DNA of 64,000 nucleotides, taken from positions 87,296,001 through 87,360,000 of the forward strand of contig CM060731.1 in the NCBI GenBank assembly GCA_030704615.1, given 5' to 3'. The stretch's first letter is position 1. Each line of letters begins with the position of its first letter. Source of the DNA: Takakia lepidozioides (taxonomy: Eukaryota; Plantae; Bryophyta). Shown here piece after piece: positions 24,701 through 38,129 of this stretch. The translations under genes were made by a program, and so were the position numbers. The notes under the pieces were generated by a model, which saw nothing but the letters and a program-made list of their open reading frames with translations, did not search any database and had not been told where the DNA came from.

Positions 24701-25960
24701 GCCAGACAAAGGTACGGGATCCTTCAGCATGCCAGGTAATTTGTCTGCGTCCTCATCTCCCATGCCATCGCAGGGGGAATTGCCCACCTGCAATTGATCA
24801 TGACAGATACGGGGGGGAGACAACACTGATGCAACTCCAGGGGGTGTCTCAAAGTTGTCCTCTAGGCGCCTGGATGTGTGAGCTGCGTCTATGCACTTGC
24901 TGGCTACTGCAAATGACCCACAGCCGGAGACACTGATATAGAGATGCCAAACTTGCTGGCTATTGCTTTTTGGTAAAGCATCATCTGCGAGACACAAGCC
25001 TTCAAATCCTACACGAATTTGCCTTCTTCATCTTGGCTGATACCGTGCTGAAATTTGGGGTTGACCAGTATGCAACAAGCCTGGTCCATTGCCCTTCATC
25101 CACATACAAAGGTTTGCCCTCCCCTGCCTTGAACTTTGCATACAGTTCACTTTGTTGTGTCTTCAAAGCTTTGCCAATGGTGTGTTGCATGTGCTCATAG
25201 TCCAGATTGCGTGGAGTGTATGAAAAAGTGGACGCCAGCACGCGCTGGACTGCCTTAATGTCCTCCTCATCCTGCTCTTGAATGGCCAATGATAAGTCAC
25301 ACAATCGAAACATCTATCCTTTAAGGGCTGCATGCCAAGAATTGCGAGAATGGCCTACTGGCTCCCCAAACTTGTTGACAACAACGATCTGCGAGGGAAG
25401 GCCGAGCTGCTGCCACTCCACTTTCACCTTTGTTGCCGCTGCCTTTGCTCTCCGGTTCTGACGCCGCAGTGCATTGGCTCTGTCCTTCTTAGACATTTCA
25501 ATCGGGGGCTCGGGGACATCACTAGGGACTTCATCCACTGGGGGCTGTGACTAGAGCTGGGGAGATGTGACATAGGGCCCAGGGTAAGGGGCATAGGGTG
25601 GGTATGGCGGTCGCATTGCAGGTTGAGGGTAGCTATGAGGCAGCTGCTGGAAAGAAGGATGAGGGGGTGGAGAATGGCCATAGGCCTGCTCTGCATAACC
25701 AGATGGGGGTCGGGGGTATTGAGAGTGAGGGTCATAGTGTGTTGGATGGGGAAAAGCATGAGGGTAATGTGTGAATGGAGGATAACCGGCAAGAGGCCGG
25801 GTGGGAGGGCGTTTGGAGGGTGGAGTCTTGCCAACAATTGGGTTCACCTGTTTCAGCAAACCATGCCCCGATGGGTTGCCCTGTGTGGCAGTGTTGGGTC
25901 CACCAACCGCTGCACGCTTCTTCCTCGCCTGTGCAACACACAACACAACGCTGGTCAAAA
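21719..25960 (-). mobile_element. CACTA (En/Spm) element, one end only
   Basis: CACTACAACAGA terminus at 21719, dense ATGACT/ACACGTGG subterminal repeats to about 22450, and TnpA-like coding pieces. The second TIR was not found, so the right boundary is approximate. Confidence 0.8.
22799..25930 (-). pseudogene. TnpA-like gene containing an FCP1/NIF HAD phosphatase domain
   Basis: VNKFGEPVG..QWTRLVAYWSTP (Ptta/En/Spm-like, 25002-25400), then LLILDVNGLL..RPGCIDFL..FEVAVWS..NTLLVDDTPHK (NIF, 23800-24530), then VGDQVRL..A.GHIV..APLPY..VTVW (TNP1 C-terminal-like, 22799-23075). Confidence 0.7.
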
Positions 25961-28900
25961 CTCACCCTAGACAATTGGCAAAAACTCAGCCCTCACACAA
26001 CCACCAGGGAAGCACATTGGTAATGAGGATCATACAATGACAAAATAGAAATCAGGTGCCATTTACCAAGAAGTCATGCAGGTCTTGGGCAGAAATCGAC
26101 CAAATATAATAGGCCTCACTCTTGTTGCGCGTCCGGTGCATGGTTTTAGGGAATGGTTGGCTTTCACCCTCTTTTGGCATGCCACCAATGGCTCTTCCCC
26201 CTGGAATGCTAGAGAGGTCAATTCAATTGCTTCTTTTTGGCAAATGCAACCACCATATTCTCATGCATTGTGTTTGCCCCCCTGTAATGGGGTATGTATT
26301 CTTCCTTTCCTTAAAGTACTTGGCAAGTACTTTCAAAATTGGGGCAATGCAACATTGGGGCAATGCAACTGTGGACGGGCAGTTTCTCTATCTGGCTGGA
26401 TACTTACACATGACCTACAGTGAGCTGGGTACTTACAGATGGAGACTCCGCAGCTGCTGGGCATTGGTGCGAGATGGTGGCTGGGGCAGGTTCACCGCCG
26501 GGCATGTCTTCGTCGGAGTCCCCGATGTGCTCCATCGCAGGCGGGTAGATGCAGACTACACTGGCTCAGTTTGGACTGCAATTTGCAGTTTTCGACTGAC
26601 TAATGGACTGTCACAATCCATCCCAAATGCCATCTGAAAAACCTATTTATGCAAAACCAATTCATATATGGACTTTACAACTAGATACACAATGTTTGAA
26701 TATCATACAAAAGTTCTTAGGGTGACAGAGTGAAGCGGCGGTTATGCTTCAGCAATTAAACTCGTCTTGCACCATTAAACTCGGTGTATAACAGAGAATG
26801 CACAGCTTTGGCCGCAGGATCAGCGACCTGGCTGCCTGACAATCTTGGTGTGGAAGTGCCTTCTGATGATGCAATTGTTCCTTAGGGCCGAACGGATTGT
26901 GCGGCATATGATCGCATTGTAGGGAGAATGACCTGAAGAACAGTATTCACAATTCCACCTTCCAACTCAACTGTCTCAATGAGCGTGTGTTGTATGTTAT
27001 ATAGAAGACCTACAGGAATTTCCAACTTTTTAGTGGCTGGTACCTTCTGTATGATGCATTTCAAAGTGAGTCTGCGACAAACCAAGTGGACTAGGTCGTG
27101 TCCACTTTGGCTTGACGAAAAATCTCCATGATGCATTTCCATGACCTACCCCGACTGTGTCCTACCAAGATAATAAGCCTGATAATCTTGCTAAAACTTA
27201 TAATTTACAGTTCTCAGCGGTTTGTACCGATGCAGAAAAACTTCCACTATGCGAGGAATTGATGAGAGTTTTTGGCACGATACATCCCCAGACTTTTCTA
27301 AGAAAGTCCTCATCCTAGCCATTTCACGTCCACCTTCTTTGCTTCATGACATTTTCTTTGGACTTGGTGAGGGACTGCATGCCCACCTCTTTCAGATCCA
27401 CTGACGAAGCCCTCCGGCCAGCGACAGGAGTGTTTGGTGCAACACATCCTAACACTCCTAAACTTGCCCTAAAGCCATCATCCTTCGTCTTAGCAATTTT
27501 ACCACATGATTGAGTCTTGAGGGCACTTGAGCTCGTGTGCCTTAGCACTTGAGAGGCCCTCTTGGATTCATCCGAAGATGTGAAGGTCACACTCCCCCGT
27601 ACTCGAAGCGGGCCTGAGTTGTTTGTATTCCTGCCAGTAGACTCGAAACTCATGCCTGCATTGACGTACATCAGATATGAGTATTGGCTAGCTGCTTCAG
27701 GTGGTGGGTGATGGAGTCCCAGACTGGATCCATATAAGTTGACCATTTCATTTTTCTGGTTTCCGTGTGCACAGAACATTTTCTACCAGTTGTTTCTGTA
27801 AGAATGATCTTGTCCCTATCAGCTCTCGGGGCTCCTGTGGATGTTATAAGCTCATTTCTTTTGATTTCTCCCACCAAGAGCTGTAGTTCTCTCCCTTTGT
27901 TGTCAGAAATTTAGGATCAAACTGCTATGCCGCCAAAGTCTCACCTGACGAGATGTACTTCAGCTTCTTTAGTTCAAGGTTGAAGACATTTTCCTTCACA
28001 ACTTGGACTTCTTCTGGAAGATTTGGCAGCTTGCAATCTTCCAAGGGGGTGCATTCACCACTTCCCATTGCCACCATTCCTTCAATGGAAAGTGCCTCCA
28101 GCGAGCTCTCTAGCTCAACAAAGTCGTCCCCAATTGTCGATGGAGGAGACGGGTAGTCCCTGCACCTTTTTCCATCCATAGAGTATTCCTGCAGCGACCT
28201 TTCCACAGCTAGAAAGTCCTCAGTTGTAGGGTGCAGAGATAAGGGAGAATCACACTTGAGATCTTCGTCAACAGAACATTCTTTGAGCAAGCCCTCAAGG
28301 GCCAGAAACTCATCAGTCGACGGTGGAGGAGACGGGAAGCGCCTTGAGCAATCTCCATCTAAGGATAGCTCTTCCATGGCCAGCAGGTCGTGAGAGATTG
28401 GTGGAGGAAGAGACAGGAAATCGCCACGGCCACGGATCAGGCCTGGCGATTGTGTCTTCAGGTCATTAACCTGCAAAGCCATAGTGAAAATCATCTCGTT
28501 GCACAATCTCCCAAGTAAAGGAAAACCGGTAATGAGAACTACAAACATCCACAGAGGAGCCGAATGGAGCATGGGAAAAAGTAGACGGCAAGAAACATTA
28601 CAAAACAGCAAATGATGTACAAAGACGAAGTGCCTCAGGCAGGTGGCCTGCCAGGTTCTTCGGGTCAGAGGGAGGCAATACCTTGGACTCAAGAGCCATG
28701 ATCTCTTGCTTTAGGCCCAAGATGGCAGTGTCTTTCTGCCGGCAAATCTCCTCCAGCATTGCAAGCCTCTGATCCACACCACCCCCGTATTGTGAGCCTC
28801 TGTTTGGCCTTAGGCTTTTCAATCACCAAACTGAGGACCTTGCAAGGATCTTTATTTGCTTATTTTCTTAATCCTGATTATTCAAGTTAATAGTGCTCGA

Positions 28901-29489
28901 CTTTATGTATATACAGAACTGCCACCATGGTGAGGAGTCGAGTGTACGATGATCATCTTTCATGGTTACCTGGTCACTTGCATCCCGCGTAGCTTGGGCT
29001 GCAGCAGCAATGTCATCAAGGGCCATGTCACGCAGCCGACAGTCAGCCCTCAATTCGGCTATCTCCTTGGACTTCACAAGAAACACAACCTGCCAATTTC
29101 TACACTGTTTTAGTTTGCCAGCTTGATAACAGTCATCCCCCTGTCAGTCACCAGGCTGCCTATACAGGTTATAAGCCAGCCCATCAGAAAATTCTGTCAA
29201 AGTGATGGAAGTAAATGACGAGTGTACCTTACGGCTACGCATTAAGCTTTCATACGAAGACTCCTTCATGCGGATCTGCCTCATCAGCTCTGTGATTTCC
29301 ACCTGCGCTTTTTCCTACCCACAAGAAAACACAAAATGTTGTGTCCAGTGGGAAGAAGGCCAATAATAGAACATGTAACCGAAGAAAACAGATTGCTAGA
29401 CTGATTGAATGTCACCCTGTCTTGATCCCTCCATAACTATCTATTTACTCTATTGCCCTCTCTCCACCTCTCTCTCTTTCCTTTGACTG

Positions 29490-31866
29490 CTCCAGTCTCG
29501 CTCTGACAATGCAAGAAATGAAGTCGAAAGAGCAGTGGATTCTTGGGAGAGTTTCGTCTCCTATGTGGCTGACAAGATCATTGGGAGGAAACTAATTGTC
29601 TGCGGTAGAGCTGTTAATTGGTGGACCAATGAGATTAAACCCAAGATAGCTGAGAGACGAGTCCTCTATAAAGTGCTGCAATTTGAAAACCAACAAAGAA
29701 TTGTGGGCTAGGTACTACCAGATCCGCAAAGATATCAATCAGCTTGTAAGGTCTCAGAAGAAATTATCCTGGGACAAGCTATCAAGAGATTAGCCCTGAT
29801 CAACTGGAGTATATTTCAAAGGCTTACAACGCTCCCATTAGTTCTTCCGAGATTGTGGAAGCAATTGAGCATTTAAACAGATATAAAGCTGGTGGACCTG
29901 ATGGCATGGTCAACGAGCTTATCAAGCCCGGTGGCAATCCCATGATAGAGGCCCCAGTTCTTCTCTTTAACCTTATCTGGAGGACTGAAATGATCCCCTT
30001 TCGCTGGCGACACGGGGTCATTGTCAATTTATACAAGAAGGGTGACAGAGAAGAACCGGGGAACTACCGAGGCATCATGCTCCTCAATGCTGTTGGCAAG
30101 ATATTTTGCAGAGTTATAAGTACTCGTTTCGAGGTTTATCTGGAATCTAGAGGTTGTTTCCACGAAGGCCAAGCTGGCTTTCGGCGAAACAGGGGCTGTG
30201 TGGATCATATCTTCACTCTAAGCCAGATTATCCAGGGAAGGAAAAAAGAAGGGAAACCCACTTTTGTTTTTTTCTTGGATGTCAAAAAGGCTTATGACAC
30301 AGTGTGGAGAGATGGGCTATGGCTCCGCCTCTGGTCATGTGGGATCAAGGGAAAGATGTGGAGAGTTGTCCATAACTTGTATGCTCACACCAAAAGTTGT
30401 GTCACTGTTAATGAACAGAAGTCTAACTTCTTTGACATAGACCAAGGTGTAGCTCAAGGATTGCTCTTCAATGTTTTCATCAATCAACTCCTCGAGGATG
30501 TGGAAAGTGTGGGATTTGGGTTAAGGGTGGGTGATGCCACCATACCAGCCCTTATGTTTGTGGATGACTTCGCAGGCATAGGGTAGACGACTCCTTCCAA
30601 CCTCCAGGAGTTGATTGATTGCACGAAGATATACTTTGACCTTTGGGGGCTAGAGGCTAATGTCAGTAAATGTGCAGTGGTGGCATTCAACGACAGAGGA
30701 GAGGGAGGAAGTGATCTCAAGTGAGCAGTGGGGTAGCCAAGAGATTCCGGTCCTCCCTTCCTACACATACCTGGGCGTTGAGTTTTCCTCCAACTGTAAC
30801 TGGGATGCACATATTCAGAAAGTTGTTCAAACTGGAAAGCCCAAAGTGCGGGGTCTCACTATATTTTTCCACTGCAGAGGGATCAAGTCTGAGGTCAAGA
30901 AAACCATGCTTTGTCGCGTTATTAGACCTGCCTTGGAGTACGCATCTGCAATATGGGTCGATAACTCCAACCAGGCTAAGTCTCTAGAATCCATTCAAGT
31001 GGGGGTGCTTAAGGAGTGCATGTCAGCATGCTCCAAAACAGCCAATGTGGCTGTTCAGGGTGAGTTTGGCATCCCTTCCTTAAGCTCCCGACGAGATGAA
31101 TTCAAGGTCAGATGGTGGGGTCAGCTGCAACATATGTCCACTTTGGAAACAGGACCACCCTGTCAAGCAGGCTAAGTCCTGGCAGAAGAGTAGAAGAGAT
31201 TCTCAAGGATCTGAATCTTAACCCGCAAGTCTTGACCCTGCTGGATAAATCTGACTTAGAGGCTGTAGTGTCCAAAGCCATGTCTGTTGCCAGGAAATTG
31301 TCTGATGAGAATGAAGTTCGTCCCTGAACTTGTTTCCAGTCTGTGACATGGGGGAGGACATCATGGATGACCTCAAGGGTCTACCCACTCTCGGCACTAG
31401 ACTGAAATTTAAACTCAGGGCGGGAAGCCTACCTTTGAGCAGCAAACAGAAGCAGAGAGGAAAGGGAGAGTGCAATTGCCCGGTGTGTGGGCAACCTGAA
31501 GACAATATTCATTTTTTGATTCACTGTCCGGGGTTCTCTCACCAGAGAGACGCTCTCCTCAAATCTATCAAGGGAATTGTGCCTGTACCTCTGTTTACCA
31601 ACTTTGAAAGTCTCGAGGCTGAGCCAAAAGCCCAGGCCCTTCTGGGGCCTAGTTATTGGGCAAACCACACACAGCAGATTGATGCTTGTGTGAAGGGATT
31701 TCTAGAGGATATCTGGAAAACCCGGATCAATGTTTTGTTTCAAGGTAAGTCTTACTACCGACGTCAGCCCCTGACAGAGGTAGGTTCTGTCCCTTTGTGT
31801 TCCGCTCAAACTGGGTGCGGGGTCAATGGCCACAAGGCTACGGCAAACAACGTCTTATGAATACAT
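29490..31866 (+). mobile_element. 5'-truncated LINE (RT plus C-terminal CCHC), intronic
   Basis: Motifs GPDG, YRGIMLL, QAGFR, FLDVKKAYDTV, FVDD and YTYLG. 17-bp TSD TCTCTTTCCTTTGACTG at 29473-29489 and 31867-31883. Confidence 0.95.
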
Positions 31867-32739
31867 TCTCTTTCCTTTGACTGTTATCTGTACTATGAGA
31901 TCCAGGGCGATACTATTGTCTATTCCAGGAGAGCCAATCCCTTGCTGAGGTCTTTCACTACGAAGAACACAAATGCTTGGAAGCATATCTACACGATGCT
32001 CTCCACCTTAAAGAATCTCTAGAATCTCTTTTCAACTACTTCCTGGGGACCCCACATTCTTTCTTGTATCCTGTATTCATTCGTCCCCTAAGCTCTTTGA
32101 GCTTTCCTGTACTTTAAAAAAAAATCTTTCTTCTTGTGAGTCCCATTTTCTTCATCTCTCTTTGTTTCCAAATCCAGACCGGGGTCTACTGATAAGTGCA
32201 TGTGCTCTTCTGGCGGTCTTCATTACAAAAACCACCAGTAACCAAGAGTACCATTGTGAATCTCATCAGTGGAAAGCTCAATTTAAAAACTGTGTTGACT
32301 TTCTTGCCTCACCCTGTTTCGAAAAATTCTAAAAGGGGCATATGGGTACGAAGTTTGCCAAAGCATAGTACAATCAAGCTCTCGCTCTCTAGTACACACA
32401 ATCAAACAATTTCCCCATGCATCCACTAAATCCTTGCCTCTTGCCATTCAACTGAAGATGAAGACATGGGACTGAAGGTCACAACTGTAAATCCTTACCT
32501 GGTTCTGAAAGTCATGCTCCATGGCCTCTGCAAGCTTTATCTCAGCTTGCTCCCGCTTGACATCGCTCTCTCTCACATATTCTGTCAAGCTCTTCATCTG
32601 GCTCTCCATGCCAGCTACCTGTCACCCCACCCATGTTTCTTCAAGTTAGGGCTTATTGTGTTCCTCTGTACTAGTGAAGACTTGTCAGTCTTCCTATGCA
32701 GTGCCATCTGCAATAAGAATGTTTTATTGTCTTGATTTG

Positions 32740-34300
32740 TGCCCTTATCAGTTGAACTGTACATGTTCTCAAAAATCTTTTCAAGTCAAATATGCAATCA
32801 AGGGAGATGTCGGTGCTGTGACCATGATGACCATGATCTGACACTACATACCCTGGCGGCTGCTTTCTCCAGCTCTCCAAGCAATTGCTCAGCAATAAAC
32901 TCAGGAGAATCCTCTGGAAATCCAAAACCCCTTTGCTTTGCTAGAGAGTTGACTTGCGTGGTTTTGGCCCCACACCCACCATTGAGAGGGGCCATCAGAG
33001 TATCCACTGTTCTTCTTACTGCAGCTCCAATAGCAGACACCACTTCGCTGCCCCCATATCTTCTACCACAGATTGTCCTGTCGGCACCTAATGTGTCATA
33101 TGAAGAGATGGGAATTCCGCAAAGGCACGGGTCTTCTGAGGCTGAGAGAGACAAGTTGCCTGCCTCAGCCGGTGCTTGGACTTTGCCTAGCACTGCAGGT
33201 GCTCCATGGTGTGCTTGCATCCATTGGTGCCATGCATCAATTTCTTCACTGGTCACTGATATCTCATCACCAATCAGAAGAGTTTCCTGCAGAGGGCACA
33301 GCAAGCACCATAATTCCACTGAGGGATTAGACATGTGAACTTTGGCTCTTTTTGCCAAGCAGAACATCATAATCTCGTCATTCACAAAGACACAAGGAAG
33401 AAAGGCTGCTTTTGGCACAAATGAGAAAAACGAACCTTTGTCACTCGAAGGAGGTAGCTTTCAAGCTCAGAAGGGGACAGCTTAAGAGCAGCCAACGCCT
33501 GTGGCCCCAAGGCGTGCCACATGTCAACCACTGCTGCTTGTAGTGACATAATATGTGCACTTGCTTCCTCCACACTCTCCTTTAGGGTCATTGATGCTGC
33601 AACAGCATCAGTCAACACTGTAAGACACATGGGCGAATACATAAATGCATGTGCAATATTGACCACTACCCCAGGATGCAACAACTTAAATTGAAGGAAA
33701 CTGAAGCGTGTAGAGAGGTCCAACCTTGAGCTTTCTGATCCACAGTGTTCTCGGTTGTTGTTTGTGAGGTGGGCCGTTCCAGCCTCTCCAGCCTCTGGGC
33801 CTGTGATTCCAAACAGAAAGTTTGTGAAGACTTCTGACAGTGTTGAGGCAAAATGAGCAACTTGCACATTGTAGAAGCCCAATACTGCATTTTTATCCAA
33901 ATGGAAGGCAGAACACTCATCTAAGAGGCCATAGACAGATGTCCAAGGCAAATATAAAATCGTATAGCAGCAAATCCTTCCATGCTAAAATCATGGATTT
34001 TTGTGGATTCTACAAGTGGCAGGTATTCCCTTATGCAGCCAAACGTCCCTATACACTGATCATACAGAATTGCTTCTAAACTTTTCCGATAAAAGAGAGC
34101 AGCTGAAAAAACAGACCTTATCAATCACAGCTGCAAGCGCAGCCATGACATGGTAAGCCTCCTTGTCCAATACTGACAGCACCTGCTTCTGCACTCACCA
34201 CAATGCATCCAGGCTTTATCTGGAGTCACATGTTCATCATAGAGATTTTCCAAACATTTATCCAACCCAACTGTCTTCTCACCTCCCATAACTTCATTCC
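32740..34300 (-). pseudogene. Intronless decayed coding fragment nested in the host intron
   Basis: Consecutive globular-looking ORFs (FSFLQFKLLHP; LSASEDPCLCGIPISSYDTL..GSEVVSAIGA) differ in character from the flanking coiled-coil exons. The family was not identified. Confidence 0.5.
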
Positions 34301-37300
34301 ACCTAGGACATACTCAAGAGGATGAGTGCGATAACGTATATAGACGAGCAATTCACTGCCAGATTAACTCTCACAACTCTGTAACTTACCATGTTCAGTC
34401 TTGAGAAGTCCGTCTCTGCAGCTTCAAATGGAGTTATTCTGACAGAGATTGACACCCTTCAGACGAAAGTTGTGAATCAGAAAAGGAGGTGTACCTTGAC
34501 TTCAAGCACAACAGCAGCACAGCGGGCCCGTGACGCAATCAAATCCTGCTGATCAACAGTCTCCATTTTTGGGGATGCTGGGAAATCCCTGAAGGAACCA
34601 TGAGCAGGCTACTCATGGAGTTACAACCCAGCCCGTTGCAAATCCAGTCAGCTTAAGGCAGAACTTAAACAAGGTAGATTGCAAGGGACTCTCAAAGCAG
34701 ATAACAGATGATTAAAACACATCCAAAGTGGAAAACTGGGGTGGACAGAGTCTAAGATGTTATTATAAGAAGTCTAGGTCAGACCATGCGATAGCTGACT
34801 TCTAAGTGGCTGTGCAGACTTGCTTACATGAATTTTCCTCATAAACCAGAATATCTTCTAAACACTTCCAGAATAGTTGTCCCACAAATGAAAAACCCTT
34901 GCTGGTGGGATCAAATTTCACCTAGAAGTCAGGTTGAGTTCAGATGCATTACCTCTTTTGTATATGTCTCAAATCCCCTTGTAATTGGCACTGGGCTAAA
35001 AGCATCGCCAGTTTCTATGGTTGTGAATGATGACTTTACTGACATCCAGTCAGTTGAGTCTCTATTAACTGAAGAGAAATTTGAGAAGATCCGCCTCCTT
35101 TTCTCAGGTGTGCAATCCTCAAAGAAGTGTTCACAAGATTCCACCATGGGGTTGCTGCTACACCACTTTGCCTCCTCCTCCCTATCTTCTTGGCTGCCTC
35201 TTTCATCATCCATATCTGTTCCTACGTTGGACGGGGTCTTGACCAACACCACACCCTTGCTTACTGGGGCCTCCCTGGACTGCAGGTCAGTTTTTTTATC
35301 GCCTTGCTCTTCACAACCAGCAAGTATCGGTTCCAACACTATTCTCTGAATTTTGTTTGGACATTGTACCACCGTTGAACTATCATTTTGACTTGCATGA
35401 CAGACTTCAGCATGCCCATCACCCTGTTGCAATGGTGAGTATATCTTCGCAGGGCTCTTATTCTCTGCTTTACATTTATGGTCTGGTGTCCAGGGATTCC
35501 CAGATCTCGAGAGAGGATTTCCCTGCTGGGTGATGACTTGGTCCCAGAGACTGCTAAGTTCACGCCTCATAAGTGCCAAGGACCTCTCCTGCGAGTAGCA
35601 GAAATATAATGTGGAAATTCAGTATCTCCATAAGATTCATTCGGAGTAAATCCAACCCAAGGGATTGATCTGAAATTGTCAATGCCCTTGGTACGGTGGT
35701 CAAGGTACTTGAGAACTTAGGTTTTAGTTGCAACACCCTTTGCAATTTTTTTCTTACAGTGTATTTGCGTGCTTTTTGGAAGTCTGAACCTCACTTTCAT
35801 AGCTTCATGTTGCAAATGGAGAAGCATAATGAACAGTTGTTTACAAAACAGGGATGTTGACATCAGTAAAAGTGAAATTGTGCCAGATCTCGTTCTTGAG
35901 AATGCCCTTGTTGGTCAATATGTCTGCCAAATGCGGAAACCCCAAGGATGCCCGTCACATGTTCAACAAGATGTGACCTCATGGAGGCCCAAGAAAAGGA
36001 GATAGAGAAGGAACGGCATAATGTACAGATAAATCCCACGGTGCTTATGGGACAACAGCAATACCAACATATATAAGCCAGCCAGGCATCAAGAAACAAA
36101 AATCTGCAAGAACATCCTGAACAGGAACAATGACTGGTAAATATTGCAAGTACTCACCCGTGCATTGAGAGCTTTCTTCAACTCATTAATTTTATTGGAG
36201 CTCTTTTGCTTTGCACTCGCAGCAGCCGCAGTTGACACAGCTACAATCAAGACTCTTTGTAAGGGAGCAAATCCCTCCCATGCTTGAGCTTCGAACTCTC
36301 CAAGGTTTACCCCGATTCTTTCAGCACTTGCTGCCATATCCGCATTCATGAGACGTCCGTCCAACGATACGAAGGCCAAATCATTGTTCTGCTTCCTCCT
36401 CCTGCCAGCCTTGCTCCGTGAACCCATCTTCTCTATTGGCAATCTCTCTTTTTGCTGAAGAGAGAGAGTTGAAAACAGGGTTGGCCATAGTGGGATTTCC
36501 CTGAAAAGACGAAACTCATTTCCTTTGATAGGTGCTCTCTGCGTTCGCCGTACATCATGGGCTTTGCTACAGGGACTCTGTTTCTGGCCCCCAAAACTTA
36601 TCCGCTGCGTTGGCCCAATCACATTGTCAACTCTCAATTCACCATATAAAACAGAGCTTTGACCATCCTCTCCTGGTAGATCGTCGGCATCTTGATAAGG
36701 CAAGAATCCACCCATCTGCTGAGAAAAGCTACCCAGTTCCAAGGCCTGTCTACCAAACTCGGAAGACAACCTGCGAATTGCGCGGGAGCCACCATCCCCG
36801 CATGTTACTGGAAAATCAAACAAGCCCGCTGCTGGAGCTTCAGTAAGTGGTCCTGTAAACCGTGGCGACTGAGATATAAGTGGTTCATTAACCCTGCTGG
36901 GTCTTTTCCCGCCCGGTACCAACCGTCGATTGACCATGCAGTGAATCATTTTGATGACACAATAGTCAGGCCTGAGACGTTCTCATAGATAGTGTGATCC
37001 TGTGGGGACAATTGCATTCAAAACCATGACAGGAAAGATGAATCAGAAACTTTGATTGCAAGCATTTCACAGATTCATTTTGGCATGGATAGGTACATCC
37101 CTACAAATTACCGGATGTCCGGTATATCTCAAGATTTTCCACTGTTTTTAAGTGTGGTGATGCTACAACCGTGAAAGTGTAAAGAAGTGAGTCTCATAAT
37201 TTGGCGGAACGTAAAGGGGTACTCCACTCCCAAGAACTCCTCCATCAGCAATTTCAATGTGCCTCTACTCCCCATCTCCACCCTGAAAAGAGCAATTCTT

Positions 37301-38129
37301 GGCGCACACACTAGCCCCAAACCCCGTAATTGCAAAGCTCCCTAACCGTCAAGTCCTGACCTCATTGTCTACCCTTAGGGCGCCAAGCCCTGCCCAAAGG
37401 AGCAGTCAACATACATAATTTCTCTCAGCCCAATATTCCATTCCAAATTGTTGGGGTCAAAGAGATGAAAACTACGGTGCGAGCAGCCGACACACAAGAT
37501 GACTATGCCATTGTGTGGAAGCACCCTAAACTGAGTTTTGCTGTCACCATATTGCTTCTTTGGAATTAGACACATTGTACGAAAGTGGAGTGCTGCTAAT
37601 AAGACCACCAGGCCAAATTCTCCCGGGCGACACAGTATGAATTTTTTGCCTTTAGAAGACGGCAGAAATTGGAAGCGGGGGATTTAATCATTAAGACCTG
37701 ATGCTCTGTTGCCAAATATAAAGCTCCAAGAGAGAAGAAAGGAAGGAAGAGATGAAACCTGCAATGCCGAAGAAACCACTCCTCGGTTCCTAAAAGCAGT
37801 AGGGAGCCAAGACCTTCAAAGGCAAAAATTATCCTTGATAGGAAAAATCGGAATCACGTACAGAGCCATAGAGAGAGCAGCAACAACCACGATACCAGTA
37901 AACAAAGAAAGAACGAATTCACAGGAAGAGCCTGAAGATCGAAGACACAGCTCGAAGACGGAGAGCAGGCGAGAAGGGGGACCAGACGTTTGAATTTAGG
38001 ACTCGTGTTTGCACGCGTGATCCACGGTTTCTGGTCCCGGGGTTTAATGCTGCTTCATCCTGGCCCTCGATGGACACCACCCGTGGCAGAAGTAACCGTT
38101 GGAAGCGCTACTGCCCCTAAGGTACCTAC

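Larger units (their letters stand above)
27324..36949 (-). pseudogene. Multi-exon coiled-coil plant protein of unknown function, probably disrupted
   Basis: GT-AG bounded exons near 36157-36949, 34921-35590, 34390-34590, 32500-32617, 29230-29320, 28970-29090, 28682-28770 and 27324-28470. Coiled-coil peptides include KEIAELRADCRLRD and LEEICRQKDTAILGLKQEI. The last exon has a stop and frame changes. Confidence 0.6.
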
